Positions 38,054 to 52,308 are shown, numbered from the stretch's first letter. The stretch is 64,000 bases of DNA from Eledone cirrhosa (GCA_964016885.1 OZ024741.1:69688001-69752000); one strand, 5' to 3'. Notes: a model not told the origin generated them from the letters alone. Numbers and translations are program-made.

Positions 38054-39135
38054 AAATCAATAATAATGAGTTCAAATCTCAGGCGATCATTTACAATGAA
38101 ATAGCTCGAAGAAAGACTATTCTGAGCCGTGTAATATAGGTTAACACAAATCAATATATTTGATAAACAAATCCTCGTATTTATGTATGTATTGTAAATG
38201 ACCAAGTTAGCTAGATAGAAATATACTAATAATAATATTACAGTTTGCCTATCATGACTTAAGATAATACATCATAAATCAACAAAAACAAATTGTATTG
38301 GCAATGGCCGTGGTGCTTGGACAAATTTAAATTTCAAAATCAAACCTGTTCTGTAGACAGGTTTAAACCTTAAAATCCAAATATGTTTCGAATAATGAAA
38401 AAGTGGAAGGAATACCGCATTTTGATCTCCTCAGCAAGCACTATAAAAATTGGTATGTTCCACTTCAAAATATTTAGGAAGACTGTTTAACGCACGAGGT
38501 AACCTCATGCGGTTATCCAGTGTCTAGCTAGCCACATACTCGTGCTGCTAGAAATAACAGCCGTTTGTATGGGGCTAAAATCAGCTCAACGAAGGAGCAG
38601 TGTAAAATCAATAATAATGAGTTCAAATCTCAGGCGATCATTTACAATGAAATAGCTCGAAGAAAGACTATTCTGAGCCGTGTAATATAGGTTAACACAA
38701 ATCAATATATTTGATAAACAAATCCTCGTATTTATGTATGTATTGTAAATGACCAAGTTAGCTAGATAGAAATATACTAATAATAATATTACAGTTTGCC
38801 TATCATGACTTAAGATAATACATCATAAATCAACAAAAACAAATTGTATTGGCAATGGCCGTGGTGCTTGGACAAATTTAAATTTCAAAATCAAACCTGT
38901 TCCGTAGACAGGTTTAAACCTTAAAATCCAAATATGTTTCGAATAATGAAAAAGTGGAAGCACCACGGCCATTGCCAATACAATTTGTTTTTGTTGATTT
39001 ATGATGTATTATCTTAAGTCATGATAGGCAAACTGTAATATTATTATTAGTATATTTCTATCTAGCTAACTTGGTCATTTACAATACATACATAAATACG
39101 AGGATTTGTTTATCAAATATATTGATTTGTGTTAA

Positions 39136-39140
<5 letters not shown>
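37695..39140. repeat. Unclassified AT-rich repeat: direct duplication plus inverted copies
   Basis: ~38053-38409 equals ~38603-38960 (550-bp period, near identical). 38961-39140 is an inverted copy of ~38688-38868. A diverged inverted copy lies at ~37695-37960. Confidence 0.85.
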
Positions 39141-39171
<31 letters not shown>

Positions 39172-39956
39172 GCACTGTAAAGTGGTTATGTAAGTGTCAG
39201 GACAAAAAGTACCCAGTCCACACAGTAAATGTGGTTGGCGTTAGGAAGGGCACCCAGCCATAGAAACCAAGCCAGAAACAGTGCTGTATGAACAAGACAT
39301 TGTCATCTGATCTGGCTTGTCTCACAGCTGGGCAGCTCATCTAACCTATGCTAGTGTGGATAAATGGACATTAAATGGTGATGATGATGATGATAAATAT
39401 TGTAATTAGTGATACCCGACAGCTGAGCTCACACTGTAGGGCATTAACTATTTACAGTACATATGCTCTACTTTCCCAAGTATTGAGCACTTACTTCAAC
39501 ATGGCCTTATTAGTCTAAACTGGTAACCCCCAATCTCTCTCTCACTCTTTATATATATATATATATCATCATCATTGATTAATGTCTATCTTCCACACTA
39601 GCATGGGTTAGACGGGTTTGTCCTATTTAGAGGCAGGTTGGTTCAGGTGACCGTGTCTCACTCATATAGGAGAGTTTCTGGCTGCTTTTCTATGGCTGGA
39701 TACACTTCCTAACACTAACCACATTGATAGTGTGTGCTGGGTGCATTTGGGGCTGGTTTTCTATGGCTGGATGCCCTTCCTAACACCAACCACATTGACA
39801 GTGTGTGCTGGGAGCGTTTTGCAGTGTCTTTTACATGTCCACTTTACAATGTGGTCTGGGTATTTTTGTTGTGACACCTACAGGATCACTTTACAGTGTG
39901 CACTGGATGTTTTGTGGTACCAGCATAATATACATATATATATGCATATATATATA

Positions 39957-40355
39957 TCATCATCATCATCATCACTGTTTTACGTCCATTCTAGCATGGG
40001 TTAGACGGGTTGTCCTGTTGTGTGCAGTGTCTGGTCGGCTGACCATGCCTTGCTCATACAGGAACTGATTTTGGCTTGATTTCTACAGCTGGATGCCCTT
40101 CCTAACACCAACCTCATTTACAGTGAGTGCTGGGTGCTTTTTTCCGTGGCGCCTACACGTCCACTTTACAGTGGGAGGGTGTGGGGGCATATTGTCTATA
40201 TGCTTCAGCTTGTACCCATTGGAGGTTGGGTACTCTGTATTACTGCGTGACGCCAGAGGTCACGGTCGTGTGTCATTGCCTTTGAGAGGTGTAATTGGGT
40301 AAGATCGGCTTTTATCACCTCATCCCAGGTCTTCTTGGGTCTCCCCACTCCGCGC
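39957..40355 (-). mobile_element. RTE family B 3' fragment
   Basis: RGVGRPKKTWDE...PPMGTS plus tail. Confidence 0.88.
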
Positions 40356-40534
40356 TTATACATACATACATTTATATATGTATACATACATATATATATA
40401 TATAAATATACATGCATATATAATGATAATGATATATATATATTTGCATGCATATACATATACCATATATGCAATATACATACACATATGAAACATATAC
40501 ATACACACTTCATATATATATATATTATCAACCT

Positions 40535-43285
40535 CGTCGATTAGCGTCCATCATTCATGGGTAGGACAGATTGACCCTTGTTTAGCTCACCTGGGGCAGA
40601 TTTTGGCTTGGTTTCTACAGTTGGGTACCCTTCCTACCGCCAACCACATTTACAGTGTGTGCAGGGTACTTTTTGTCGTGTCACCTACACAACCACATTA
40701 CAGTGTGGACTGAGCGCCTTTTGTTGTGACACCGACATGACCACTTTACAGTGGGGCCTGGGCAGTTTTGTCTTGGGACTAGGGAGGAGGGAGGAAGCTT
40801 GGGGCAAAATGTGGACAAGGTAGTAGGGGAGGTAGGGTTACCAATAAGGGAGGTGAATGAGAGGGGATAGAAGGTTGAGAAAGGTGTTGCCTACTAGGTA
40901 TAAGCCTCAGCATGAGAATAATAGATGGCGGATCTTCGGTAAAACTGCATAGTGCCAGAGGTCACGGTCCTGTGTCATTTCCTTTGAGAAGTGTAATTGT
41001 GCAAGGTCAGCTTTTATTACCTTATCCCAAGTCTTCCTAGGCATGCACACACCACGGCTACCATCGACTTTAAGCGCCCTGCACCTTATTATACAGCTGT
41101 CATACTTTATACGCATCACATGTCCATACCAACACAATCTCCTCTCCTGCATGCAACAACTGATTCCTCTTATGCCTGACTTCTTACACAGTGTATTTAT
41201 ACTTTGCTGTTCAAGTATATTGCTATTGCACATCCAGCGAAGCATGGAGGCTTCATTTCTTTCCAATCTTCGCAGGTCCTCAGCACACAGTGCCCAGGTC
41301 TCGCTGCCGTGCAACATTGTTGTTCGTATACATGCATCATACAGTCTGCCTTTCATTTTGAAGGAAAAACCTTTTGTAATTAGTAACGGTAGTAGCTCCT
41401 TGAATTTTCTCCAACCCGATCTCACTCTGGTTACTGTGCTTTCAGAATACCCTTCCCCACTACTGATTTGGTCACCCAGGTAACGGAAACTATCTACCAC
41501 TTCAACTGAGCCCTCTGAGTATTTGAAGGTGGTTGTATCCTGAGGGTTCTTGCTACTTACTGCCCCTGTGCACCTGCCACAAGTAAAACTTACATTCTTT
41601 GTTAGCTTGCCTGAGATCCCACTACATCTCTTGCGTGCCTATTGCTTGCATTTGGTACATAGAATGGAATTTCTACCTACTCCTTTTCTGCACACTGAGC
41701 AGGGCAATTTTCTTGAGGAGATCTGGGCCCTGTTATCCCTTCTACTTACTAGGACTTTTGTCTTTGCCAGGTTGACTTTAAGACCTTTAGATTCTAGGCC
41801 TTGCTTCCAAGTTTGGAATTTCCTCTTTAGTTCAGCTATAAGGGTTAGGTCATCAGCATACAGAAGTTCCCATGAGCAGCCGGTCTTAAACTCCTGTTAT
41901 TGCCTGCAGAATGATAATAAACAGAAGAGGGCTAAGAACAGAGCCCTGAAGAACAACAACCTGCATGCTAAATTCTTCACAATAGTCACTGTTAATTCTA
42001 ACCTTACTAGCTGTTCTTCTATACATTGCTTGGATTGCCCTCACAAGCCATTCGTCAAATCCTAGTTTCCTAAGAGCCCACCAGATAATGGAATGGGGTA
42101 CTTTGTCAAAAGCTTTCTCAAGTTCAACAAAAGCCAGGTAGAGGGGCTTACTCTTAGCTAGGTACTTCTCCTGCAGTTGTCCTGTTGTTTTCTGCTTCCC
42201 TTCTAGTGAGGTAAACTTGTCGCCTAGTTTCTCTCCTAGTCTTCTGGTAAAATTCCTTGCTACTCCCATTACACTAATCTTTCCAAGCCTGTCTTTTTGC
42301 CTTAATTTTATCATCTACTTTACTATTCCACCACCAAGTGACTCTCCATCTCTCTAGAGACCTACTCAAACCAGATTTCATCTGTCGCCAACATGAAACA
42401 TGGATGTTAAACAGTGATGATGATGATGATGGTGATGATGATATATGTATATTTATATATAAATATACATATATCATCATCACCATCATCACTCTTTAAC
42501 ATCCATGTTTCATGTTGGCATGGGTTAGACGAGTTATCCTGTTGTGAGCAATGCCAGGTCAGGTGACTATGTCTTGCTCATGCAGAACTGATTTCTGGCT
42601 TGGTTTCTATAGCTGGATGCCCTTCCTAGTGCCAACATCATTTACAGTGAGTACTGGGTGTGTTTTGTCATAACACCTACACAACCACTTTACTGTGTGG
42701 ACTGGGTGCTTTTTGCTGTGATATCTACACAACTACTTTACAGTGTGGGCTGGGCACTGCATTTTTTCCCAGGCAAGGCCTTTGGTGTTTATTACAGTCC
42801 GTTTATCTAGTCTTATGAGTTAGTAACCAATTTGGCTTGTGTGTTTACCTGGTTGATATGAAATCAGGTGGCTGGCTGGTTTCCTGAAATTTATATTGTA
42901 AATGGTTAATTCATTTGCATCACAGAGTTCCAGTAGTCACAGCCCCTCTTCTTTCCTTGAGCCATTACCATAGCTGCCATGAACTCTGCTAAATCCATCC
43001 TGGTACTGTCCCACATGTCCATTGAAGTTGCCTGCCAGGATGATGAAGTCTCTTTCATCAGTACTTGAAGTTGTCTGTAAAGATTCCTTATAAAGCCTGT
43101 CCTTTTGGTCATCACTTAGTCCTGTGGAGCATTGGTAGATGTAATAATCACCATTCTATTTCTTACAGCTATTCTAAGCTTGATGATTCTGTCACTTACT
43201 CTAACTACTTCTATCACCTTATCTATCCATTTCTCAGCTAATAGGATGCCTACACCTCCTACCCTATCGTCATTTCCTACTCAGT
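40535..43285 (-). mobile_element. RTE LINE (family C), deleted and interrupted
   Basis: ORFs 40907-41500 and 41886-42314; APE remnants at 42790-43285; interrupted by an RTE-tail insert at ~42475-42760. Confidence 0.85.
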
Positions 43286-44049
43286 ATATATATATATAAT
43301 ATGCACAACCCCACCACTCCCACTCATCTCCCATGAGGACAAGCTGAATTACACATCCAATGAAGCCTCCAGCCCACTCTGTAAAGTGTCATGATGTCAT
43401 GACACTTTCATGACACTTTACAAAAAATATATATATATATTCACACACATCTAATTCCTCATTTCCCAATTATACAATTATATCAACCTCGGTACTAGAC
43501 TGATACTTTATTTTATCGACCTTGGAATACCTGACTAATACTATATATCAGATCTGTCAACTATCCCCGTCCAACGGGGAGATGTCTTTTCTTGTGAAAA
43601 TGGGTATAGCTTTCATTCTGTAAAATCTCTCCATTTTGCTTCATTTCTCCCAGTTTTGGGGCACTTTTTTTTCATGCTACTGCCCGTTTGGGTTTTTAGA
43701 GGTTAGCAAGCACATAAATATGCACACACCCACACATATCTGTGTGTGTGTGTATATTTTTCATTTCATTTCATTTTACGTCCACTTTTCCCTGCTTGCA
43801 AGGGTGGGACGGGAACTGATTCTGGCATGATTTCTACAGCTGGATGCCCTTCCTAACACCAACCTCATTTACAGTGAGTGCTGGGTGCTTTTTTGCCGTG
43901 GCACCTCCACGACCACTTTGCAGTGGAATGATAGGAACCCCAGTCCCTATCATCTCATTTCTATATAAATACACACACAAAGATATGTGTGTGTGTGTGT
44001 GCATATATATGTTTGTGTGTGTAGCATTAATATGTACACACACATATAT

Positions 44050-44098
<49 letters not shown>

Positions 44099-44864
44099 AG
44101 CAGGGATATATCAATTCTAACAACGAGGATACACACATACACATATATTTACAAAAGGAGAGAATAGCTTTTTGCTTTTTTTTTTTTTTAATCTAGACCC
44201 CTGCGGAAAAAAAAAAAAAAATACAACCGCCTATATATCCTGTGGTGAGTAACAAAATGGGTTAATTATTCGACAAAGAAGAAGCTATATCCATTTCAAC
44301 GCGAAATTTGCGCTGAAAAGTTATGCGAAATCTTTACGGAATAAAATATTGCAGGTATTGTCTGTCGAATGTGCACCGGATTTTTGGAGAGGGAAGGATA
44401 ATGAAGAATGAACGATATAGTGAATGTAATATATATTTATACACAGGCACTGATTAGTGAGGTGCGATAAGGAGGGTAGCAGCACCAAATAATACGAATC
44501 CTTTGTGGAATATCCATGGACCAAGTTATTTGAATGCTTTGGAACCGAGGACAATCGAAACCATATTCTGATACACGGTCATAAAACGAGTGTTTTTTTT
44601 GTTTTTTTTCGATGAGAACTGGGCATTGCCAGGAAACGTTAAATGTACTTTCTCGTAGCATATCAACATACCTTTTCGTTTTTTGTCTTCACACGCACAC
44701 TCATTAACTTGTTTATTGTACTTAGCATTAAGTCGTGCATGTTGTATATTGTATATATGTGTGTATAGATATACATACATTATATATATATATATATATC
44801 AATGTTTGTATACTTCATAAGATTAAACACTGAACGAAAGAAGAGGATGAGGAAGGATGCGGGT

Positions 44865-44872
44865 TGACGTCA
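44865..44872. promoter_or_regulatory. CRE/ATF palindrome in a TE-poor, CpG-richer putative promoter
   Basis: TGACGTCA about 800 bp upstream of the coding exon. Function is inferred only. Confidence 0.35.
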
Positions 44873-45728
44873 CGTTTAGTGAGTGCTGTAACTCATGGCG
44901 CTGGCATTTTATTGTGAAGCAAATAACAACACAAGTATGCTTGTCTTTTGTGGTGTCAGCCACACTCGACTTTTATCTAATTCTCTCCGGGCGACAGTAT
45001 GTTGCTATTCCTCTTTGCTTTGCTTCCTCCTCCATCTTCTTACACTACAGTGACTCACATTCAGACACAATCTCACACGCACGCAGAGTACAAAAGCGGG
45101 TATGCGCACCTCTCTGTTTAGATAGAAATATATCGACAAACATAAACGGGACAAGTATGTATGTATTATACACACACGTTATGAAATAACAACCCCTGCG
45201 TATGTATGTGCATTTTCATATTCGTCTATCTATGCACGGGTCTAAACATATGCACACATATATATATAAATGCGTTTAATTGCGCAGCCTTTTAACAATG
45301 TCGACTTCGTTTAAAGGTAAAGATATAATTACACTCTGTGTTATAGATTTAGGGGGTGTAAGGAAGAGCAGGTTTGTGGGGGTGGTTGTTAACGCTGCCT
45401 TTGTTTATCTCTGTGGCTTGCTTGTAAACTCCGTTTTACAAAATCCGGTTGGTCCGTTGTCACTTGACTTCACTTGGTGACAGTCGGCCCAATCGGTTGG
45501 TTCTCTATGAATTTAATAATGCTTTAGCTACGAACACATTTTAAATAAGGTAGTGAGTGAGTTGAAACTACTGATGCGCTGGGATCTTGACAACTTTATT
45601 GTCACAGTTAATCCACTCTGTCACTTATAGTTTTCGCCCCTTGTGTTATTTAATTTAACTTTGTAGGTTGATACTCAACATTTATATACATATACTGAAA
45701 CTTATACACATCCATATACATATTTATA

Positions 45729-45990
45729 ATGATATCATCAAGGATAACTGGAAGCCCATCAAAAAGGGGCATCGTTACTTTCAGCGTTGGCATTATATTC
45801 GGTTTCGCTTTTACGCACATGTTAGCATATTCGTCGCAGTGGAGAGCACGCATCTTTCTGCCTAAAGAAACACGCATCTATTACAGTAACTACATACCCG
45901 ACAGTCCCCATGGACACGGTGGCATTGAACATTTAGAGGGTCCGGAAAAGTCTTTTAAATGGACAGACTCGGAGCACCACAGTCATCAAG
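45729..45990 (+). CDS. C1GALT1: First coding exon of a core 1 beta-1,3-galactosyltransferase (T-synthase)-like type II membrane protein
   Basis: MISSR..KRG-IVTFSVGIIFGFAFTHMLAY (signal anchor) then stem YIPDSPHGHG..LEGP..KWTD.EHHSH, resembling invertebrate C1GalT N-termini (recognised from memory). Acceptor ttgtag ends at 45666; donor AAG|GTTAGT at 45991 (phase 1). No catalytic exons were seen in the window. Confidence 0.72.
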
Positions 45991-46009
45991 GTTAGTAATA
46001 CCTGATATA

Positions 46010-46090
46010 TACAGTGTCCCCCGCAAAATGTATACACATATTTATTAGAATGCTGTTGAAGTGTGTATAAATTTCTTGGGACATCCTGTA
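46010..46090. mobile_element. Tiny Tc1/mariner-type MITE
   Basis: tacagtgtccc..aaaatgtatacaca / tgtgtataaatt..gggacatcctgta, flanked by TA. Confidence 0.55.
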
Positions 46091-46595
46091 TATATATATA
46101 TTTGAATGAATTGTAATCAATTTTTATTTGCATGACTTTACTTGTTCACTAGTTTTAGAAAAACAAAGTTATAATTTCATCGTCGCAAGAGTATAAAGTC
46201 AGTGTTATTTACAGTAATAAAATACTCATGTCTTCACCCTTATATAGAAAAACAACCTCATACAGCGTAACACTAGTTTTATTTTACAGCCCTGATTCTC
46301 TAACTTGCTCAAATTTTCAAACCGAACTGCGTTATAACCACACTCGGTTCTCATTATCCTTTACCAATGGTCGAAAACTAACAGGTTAACGAACGGAATT
46401 ATATATATATATATATACACGCACACACACAAACACTGTGCGAACTCGTGTTTACACGCACATGATTTTTCGAAGCTCACATTTATCGCATTGTTATTCC
46501 TAACTCGTAAAACTGTGTGGAAGAGTTACATGCTAAACTGGTTAACAAATAGTCCACCCCCCACCACTTTAGAAAAATCGGTAAATTTATAGAAC

Positions 46596-47184
46596 ACCCC
46601 CCTCGATTTCAGTGGGAAATAATAATTTTTCTTTGTTGTTTTATTTTCGTGTGCTATCAGTTACACTTACTGCCGTATATGCAGCAAAGGACTTTTTCCT
46701 CTGTAAAACAGAGGGGGAGAGAGGGACACTCTTGGAGTTTTCTTTACCCTTTTTTTCGTGTGCTATCAACTAATATTACCCTCGAACATGCCGCAAATGA
46801 TTGTTTTCCCGGAAAACGAAGGGGGTGGACCTTTGTACCTGCACCCCTCCCCGGTGTTTTCTTTACCCCCAACCTTAAACCTAACCCTAACCCCGCGGAG
46901 GGGGTGAAAAGTCCGAGGTTCCGCCTTTCCCCCTCCGTTTTCCAGGAGAAAAAGTCATTTGCAGCATGTTCGAAAGTAAGATTAGTTGGTAGCGCTCGCA
47001 AAAAAAAAACAAAAAACGATGGAAAAATGTTAAAGAGCACTCCAAGGGAAGGGCAGGTGGGGTGAACAGTCTGACGTTTCTCCTCTCACACCTCCGTTTT
47101 CAGAGGTAGGTTTAATTGATAGCACACGTAAAAAAAAAATCGAGGAATAATAATAATTTCCCACTGAAACCGATGTGGGGGGTC
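46596..47184. mobile_element. Fold-back element with nested imperfect inverted repeats and a central CCTAAC tract
   Basis: tttcagtgggaaat/atttcccactgaaa; cgtgtgctatca/tgatagcacacg; tcgaacatgccgcaaatga/tcatttgcagcatgttcga; centre aacctaaccctaaccc. Confidence 0.7.
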
Positions 47185-47655
47185 TAAGTAATACCGAATA
47201 TTCAAATTGTTATATGTATGTTGTCGTTTAGCTCTGTATGTTGTTTAGCTTCGCGTTAGCTCTGAGCAAGCAAAACTGTAATCAGAGGCATTCCAGTCGT
47301 GGGAATGTTTCGTTTTAGGTCTATAAAATGCAGACAATGAAAGTTACCTGCTTTTTCGGTGTAAATCGTTTCCTTTTTAATTTTTTTTTTAATTGATAAA
47401 CTGAAGAATTTTTTCAGAATGATTTATTTGTAATTTTTTTAAAAATCCATACAAACCTCTCCCACTGTTTGCAAACATATGCCGTCCGCCAATAAATCAT
47501 CTCAAGGGTAGGCGGTTGGCTGAATTTTAGAAACAAAATAATTTTGCTTAAGGCTGAAATTCAGTTTCATTTAGATTTTCCTTTCACTTAAATACACTGC
47601 CGTTTTATATACCTAAAGCAAAACACCTCCCAGTTGAGACCACCCTCGTTTCTTT

Positions 47656-47689
<34 letters not shown>

Positions 47690-47825
47690 AGGGAACACAG
47701 GATCATATTATTCAACGAGTATTTTTCTAAGATGTAATTTGAGCGGTGTTGGCTGCTATTTCTAGCAAATTGAGTGTTTCCTCTCATCCCAAATTGCAGA
47801 GCTTGTCTCTAAATTAGAAACCATT

Positions 47826-48050
47826 GCCGAGGTTAACTTTGTCTTTAATCCTTACGGAGTCGATAAAATAAGGTACCAGTAATACACTAGGTATTTGCTG
47901 GCCTTGTGCCAAAAGTAGAAACAATTATTATTCTTACTGGGTTAACTTTGCCTTTAATCCTTACGGGGTCGATAAAATAAAGTACCAGTAATACACTGGG
48001 TAATTGCTGGCCTTGTGCCAAAAGTAGAAGCAATTATTATTCTTACTGGG
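47826..48050 (+). mobile_element. Family 2 SINE 3' half duplicated in tandem (~109 bp)
   Basis: gttaactttg...attcttactgg occurs twice. Confidence 0.75.
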
Positions 48051-48974
48051 TACGAGAAGACCCCATTTTCCTAATGTATGTATGTTAGCAACAACCAGCA
48101 TAACACACTGGTGCCTCTATATTCATCCGGTGAGGGGAGGGGCATTAAAAACAAAGTGATGGAAACGAGTTGAATAACTTGATCTTTCTAGAAATAGCAA
48201 CCACATTTCCTTTAAATCACATCTCTTTGTATGGGGGTCCTGAGTTTGTTTGTACCTACTAAAAATACATAGCTTATCTGGTACGAAAACGAGAGTCTGT
48301 GGTCAACCTATTAGCAATAAGGGTGGGTAAAATCGCTGTCAACTGGAGTGAAATAAGGATGGGGTATGATGGACATGCCTGTGTGTTATAGTGGTTATGA
48401 GTGCAGATAATTTGATAGTACTGGTGTTTGTTTTCGTTTGACTTACATCAATTCATGTGATGAGCGTGCATATATTGTGAAAATGTGATGTGTATAGGGA
48501 TGTAACTGTGTCTTTTTAAATATCAACATGTGTAGATGTGTGATATTGAGCGAGTGGTTTTTGTATGCAGGTGGATGTATGCACATACACACACACACAC
48601 ACACACACCCCCACACCCACACCCACACCCACACCATCATCATCATTATCACCGTTTAACGTCTATTTTCCATGCTAGCATGGGTTAGACGAATTATCCT
48701 GTTGTGAGCAATGCCAGATCAGGTGACCATGTCTTGTTCATACAGAACTGATTTGGGCTTGGTTTCTACAGCTGGAGGCCCTTCCTAGCGCCAACCTCAT
48801 TTACAGTGAGTACTGAGTGCTTTTTGTCGTGACACCTACATGACCACTTAAGTGTGGGCTGGATGCTTTTTGCTGTCTCGTCATCGTGAGCACTTTACAA
48901 TGGGCTGAAGGCTTCACTGGATGTATACTTCAGCTTGTCCTCATGGGAGTTGGTGGGGTGGTGCATGCTATATA

Positions 48975-49331
48975 TCATCATCATCATCATTTTACGTCCG
49001 CTTTTCCCTGCTTGCAAGGGTGGGACGGACATTGATTCTGGCTTGATTTCTACAGCTATCCAGCTGTAGAAATCAAGCCAGAATCAATTACACCAACCTC
49101 ATTTACAGTGAGTGCTGGGTGCTTTTTTGCCGTGGCACCTCCACGACCACTTTGCAGTGGAATGATAGGGACCCCAGTCCCTATCATCTCATTTCTACAG
49201 CTGAGTGAACTGGAGCAATGTGAAATAAAGTATCTTGCTCAAGGAAACAACACATCACCCGGTCTGAGAATTGAACTCACAACCTTTCGATTGCAAGGCC
49301 AATACTCTAACCACTAAGCCATGTGCCTCCA
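48975..49331 (-). mobile_element. Family 1 SINE with small internal inversion
   Basis: Matches 29049-29389. ~49033-49057 is inverted at ~49061-49088. Confidence 0.82.
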
Positions 49332-49344
49332 TATATATATATAT

Positions 49345-50240
49345 ATGCTTCGGCCTGTACCCGTAGGAAGTTGGGTCTTCTGTATTACTGCATTAGGCCA
49401 GAGATCACAGTCCTGTCTCATCCATCACCTTTGAGAGGTGCAATTGGGTGAGGTCAGTTTTTATCACCTTGTCCCCGGTCTTCCTGGGTCTCCCCACTCT
49501 AAGGCTACCATCAACTTTGAGCGCTGTGCACCTTTTTATACAGCTGTCATCCTTCATATGCATCACATGTCCATACCAATGCAATCTCTTCTCCTGCACA
49601 CAGCATTTGATTCCTCTTATGCCTAGTTTCTCTCTCAGTTCATTTATGCTTTACTGATCACCTATATTACTATTACACAACCCTCAGAGCATGCAAGCTT
49701 CATTTCTTTCCAATCTACGCAATGCCCAGATCTCACTACCATGCTACATTGCTGTTTGTATGCACGTATAATACAGTCGGCATTTCATTTTGAGGAAAAA
49801 GCCTTTTGTAGCTAGCAGTGGTAGTAGCTCCCTGAATTTCTTCCATCCTGTTCTTACTCTGGCTACTGTACTTTCAGAACACCCACCTCTGCTGCTAATT
49901 TGGTCACCCAATTAGAAGCTGTCTACTGTTTCTACTGAACCTTCCCAGAATTTGATAGAGCTTGTTTCCTATGGTTGTTTGCTGCTTACTGTCCCAATGC
50001 ATCTGCTACATGTAAAGCCCACATTCTTGACTAAACTTCCTGAGATCCCACTACACTTCTTGTGTACCCAAAGTTTGCATTTGGGGCAGAGGATGGAATT
50101 TTTACCTACACCTTTCCTACATACTGAGCAAGGCCATTTCCCTGAGGGGATCTGGGTTTTGTTTTCTCTTCTACTTTATAGGACCTTAGTCTTTGTCAGG
50201 TTGACTTTAAGGCCCCTTGTTTCTAGACCCTGCTTCCATG
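49345..50240 (-). mobile_element. RTE LINE 3' portion, degenerate
   Basis: RLHWYGHVMHM..GRPRKT and antisense of the Cys finger region. Confidence 0.85.
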
Positions 50241-51229
50241 TTATCTATATATATATAGTGTCAGGTCACTCTCGAGTGGTACTGGTAACATGTAACTCAG
50301 TACAATCTGCCTCATGGTTGACTTGTTGGCGACTACACTGGCAACTCCACCTAGCTTGCTTGGTGAGGAGGGTGATTTTTGGTCACCCCTTGGGATGAAA
50401 AACAAAACCTGTCAAAGAGTGGAGGAACTCATGAGTCAACAGCCATCCAAATATGTGTACATATGAATATATTTTTATACTTTTAGCTTCACATATTTTA
50501 ATATATGCCTTTTATTTATTTTTTTTATGAATTTTTATCTTTTTACTTTTTTTCTTTTAATGTGCATATATTGTGTGTTTGTGTGTAGAACTGGAAAAAA
50601 TGTAACGGATGGGTGGATGTATTGATGTGTGTGTGCATGGAATTAAAGTAGCAGGTTTGTGTCTGGCATGCTTAGCTCTCCTCATGACATGGGAAACTCT
50701 GAACAGAAAGCCTGAGGTCTGCTGTTTATTATTGTTGTGGCATATTTACACCAACTGTTGCTATTAACAGAACCAAGAAGTGTGAATAGTCCCACACAAG
50801 CTACTACCACTATAAACAAGTGACTGGGTTGTCCAGGAGATTTATTTACTCCACTTTTTATCAAGACCATCCTGAAGGGTACCCAGGGCTGGATTTAATG
50901 GAGAACAAAAGGGGCAATTGCCCCGGGCCCCACCAGCGATGGTTGTGACAATTTATTTGTGCCATCAGCTGAGCTTTTTAGTTTTAGGATGGTAAGAATT
51001 TTTTGATTTAATACCTGTATGTATAACTTTTCAATTCCAATTACTTGCGCCAAGCTAACTTTGATATATAAAATGTGGGAGGGGGGGGGGGTAGATAATA
51101 CTACTGATAGTCCTTAGTTGGTGCTCTGATTTAATGCAAAGACCCTTACTAGAACAGAAATACTTTTAGACTTCTTGTTTGCTCATTCTTTCTGGGAAAC
51201 ATAAGCTGGTTTTTCTCTGCAGTAAAAGC

Positions 51230-51910
51230 ATTTGACGTAACAATAAATGTTAAGACAAAAGTCATATACCAGCCCAAACTAACACCCATTCAAAGAAGAG
51301 ACATCAGTTCACCATCACATAAAATTCTTGTAGACATCAAGCCTTTACAGTCTGTGATGTCCTTCAGGAAGTAAAATCAATTTTAGTGCTTTTCTAGACG
51401 ATGAAATAGTGAATAGGGTCACCAAGGCTAGTGATGCCTTTGGAAAGCTGCCAGCAAGGGTATTGAAGGGGGGAGGATTAAGATTGAAAACCAAAATCTC
51501 AGTTTACCATGTAGTTGTCATCTGAACATTGTTTTCTGGGTCTGAATTGTGGGTACCATATAGAAAACATATTACACAGCTAGATACTTTCCACAAGAGA
51601 TGTCGTAGAAATATCTGTGGTTTTTACATGGAGGAACAATGTTTCTAATGAACAGTTGTTTCATAAATGTGATATACAATCCATGGAGACATTCTTAATA
51701 AAGTCTTAAAATGGGCTGGTCATGTTGCTAGGATGAATGATGAAAGACTGCCTAAAATCCTCACTTATGACCAAGCAGGAGTGTGAAATGTAGGAAGACC
51801 TCTTCTTATATACAAGAACAAACTGAAAATAATATCAAGCATATTAGAATACAACTATCAGAATTTGAGGAATGTGCTGTTGACTATAATAGGTGGAGGG
51901 AAATCTGTCA
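51230..51910 (+). mobile_element. Old RTE-BovB-like RT C-terminal remnant
   Basis: Fragments: EIVNRVTKASDAFGKL, LKTKISVY, GSELW, WAGHVARMNDERLPK. Confidence 0.65.
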
Positions 51911-52308
51911 AAATAGATATCTGTCAACTCAAGGATTAAGCACCTGGGCGATCTAAGGCAAGGTGAAAAGAATGCAGTTTGTTTTCAACAATTTGTGTGT
52001 GAAGGGTACAGTCTGATTTACAAAAGCAAGGTAAGTTTACTATCACACAGAAGACACAAACACTAAAATGTGGAGTAAAGGGAAAGTAAAATATTTTGGC
52101 CCTCATGTTTTGAACAGGAGGAGAGAATTCATCACACACACACGTGTGTGTGTGTGTGTGTAAATGTCATATTTGACAGCTTATAAGGTACTTTCATTAT
52201 AGCAGACACTTGAAAAAAAACTTTAAAGCATAGCAGAGTGTTTAGAATACATAAATTGATTGTCTCTGACTTTTTTTTTTAAAGTACATTTTATAAACAG
52301 TTAAATAT

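Noticed and set aside
38375-38440. Minus-strand CTGAGGA...GAAAcata hammerhead-like boxes
   Set aside because: No stem I pairing could be found and stem II is only about 2 bp.
46870-46893. Telomeric array
   Set aside because: Only two or three CCCTAA-like units, internal to a fold-back element.
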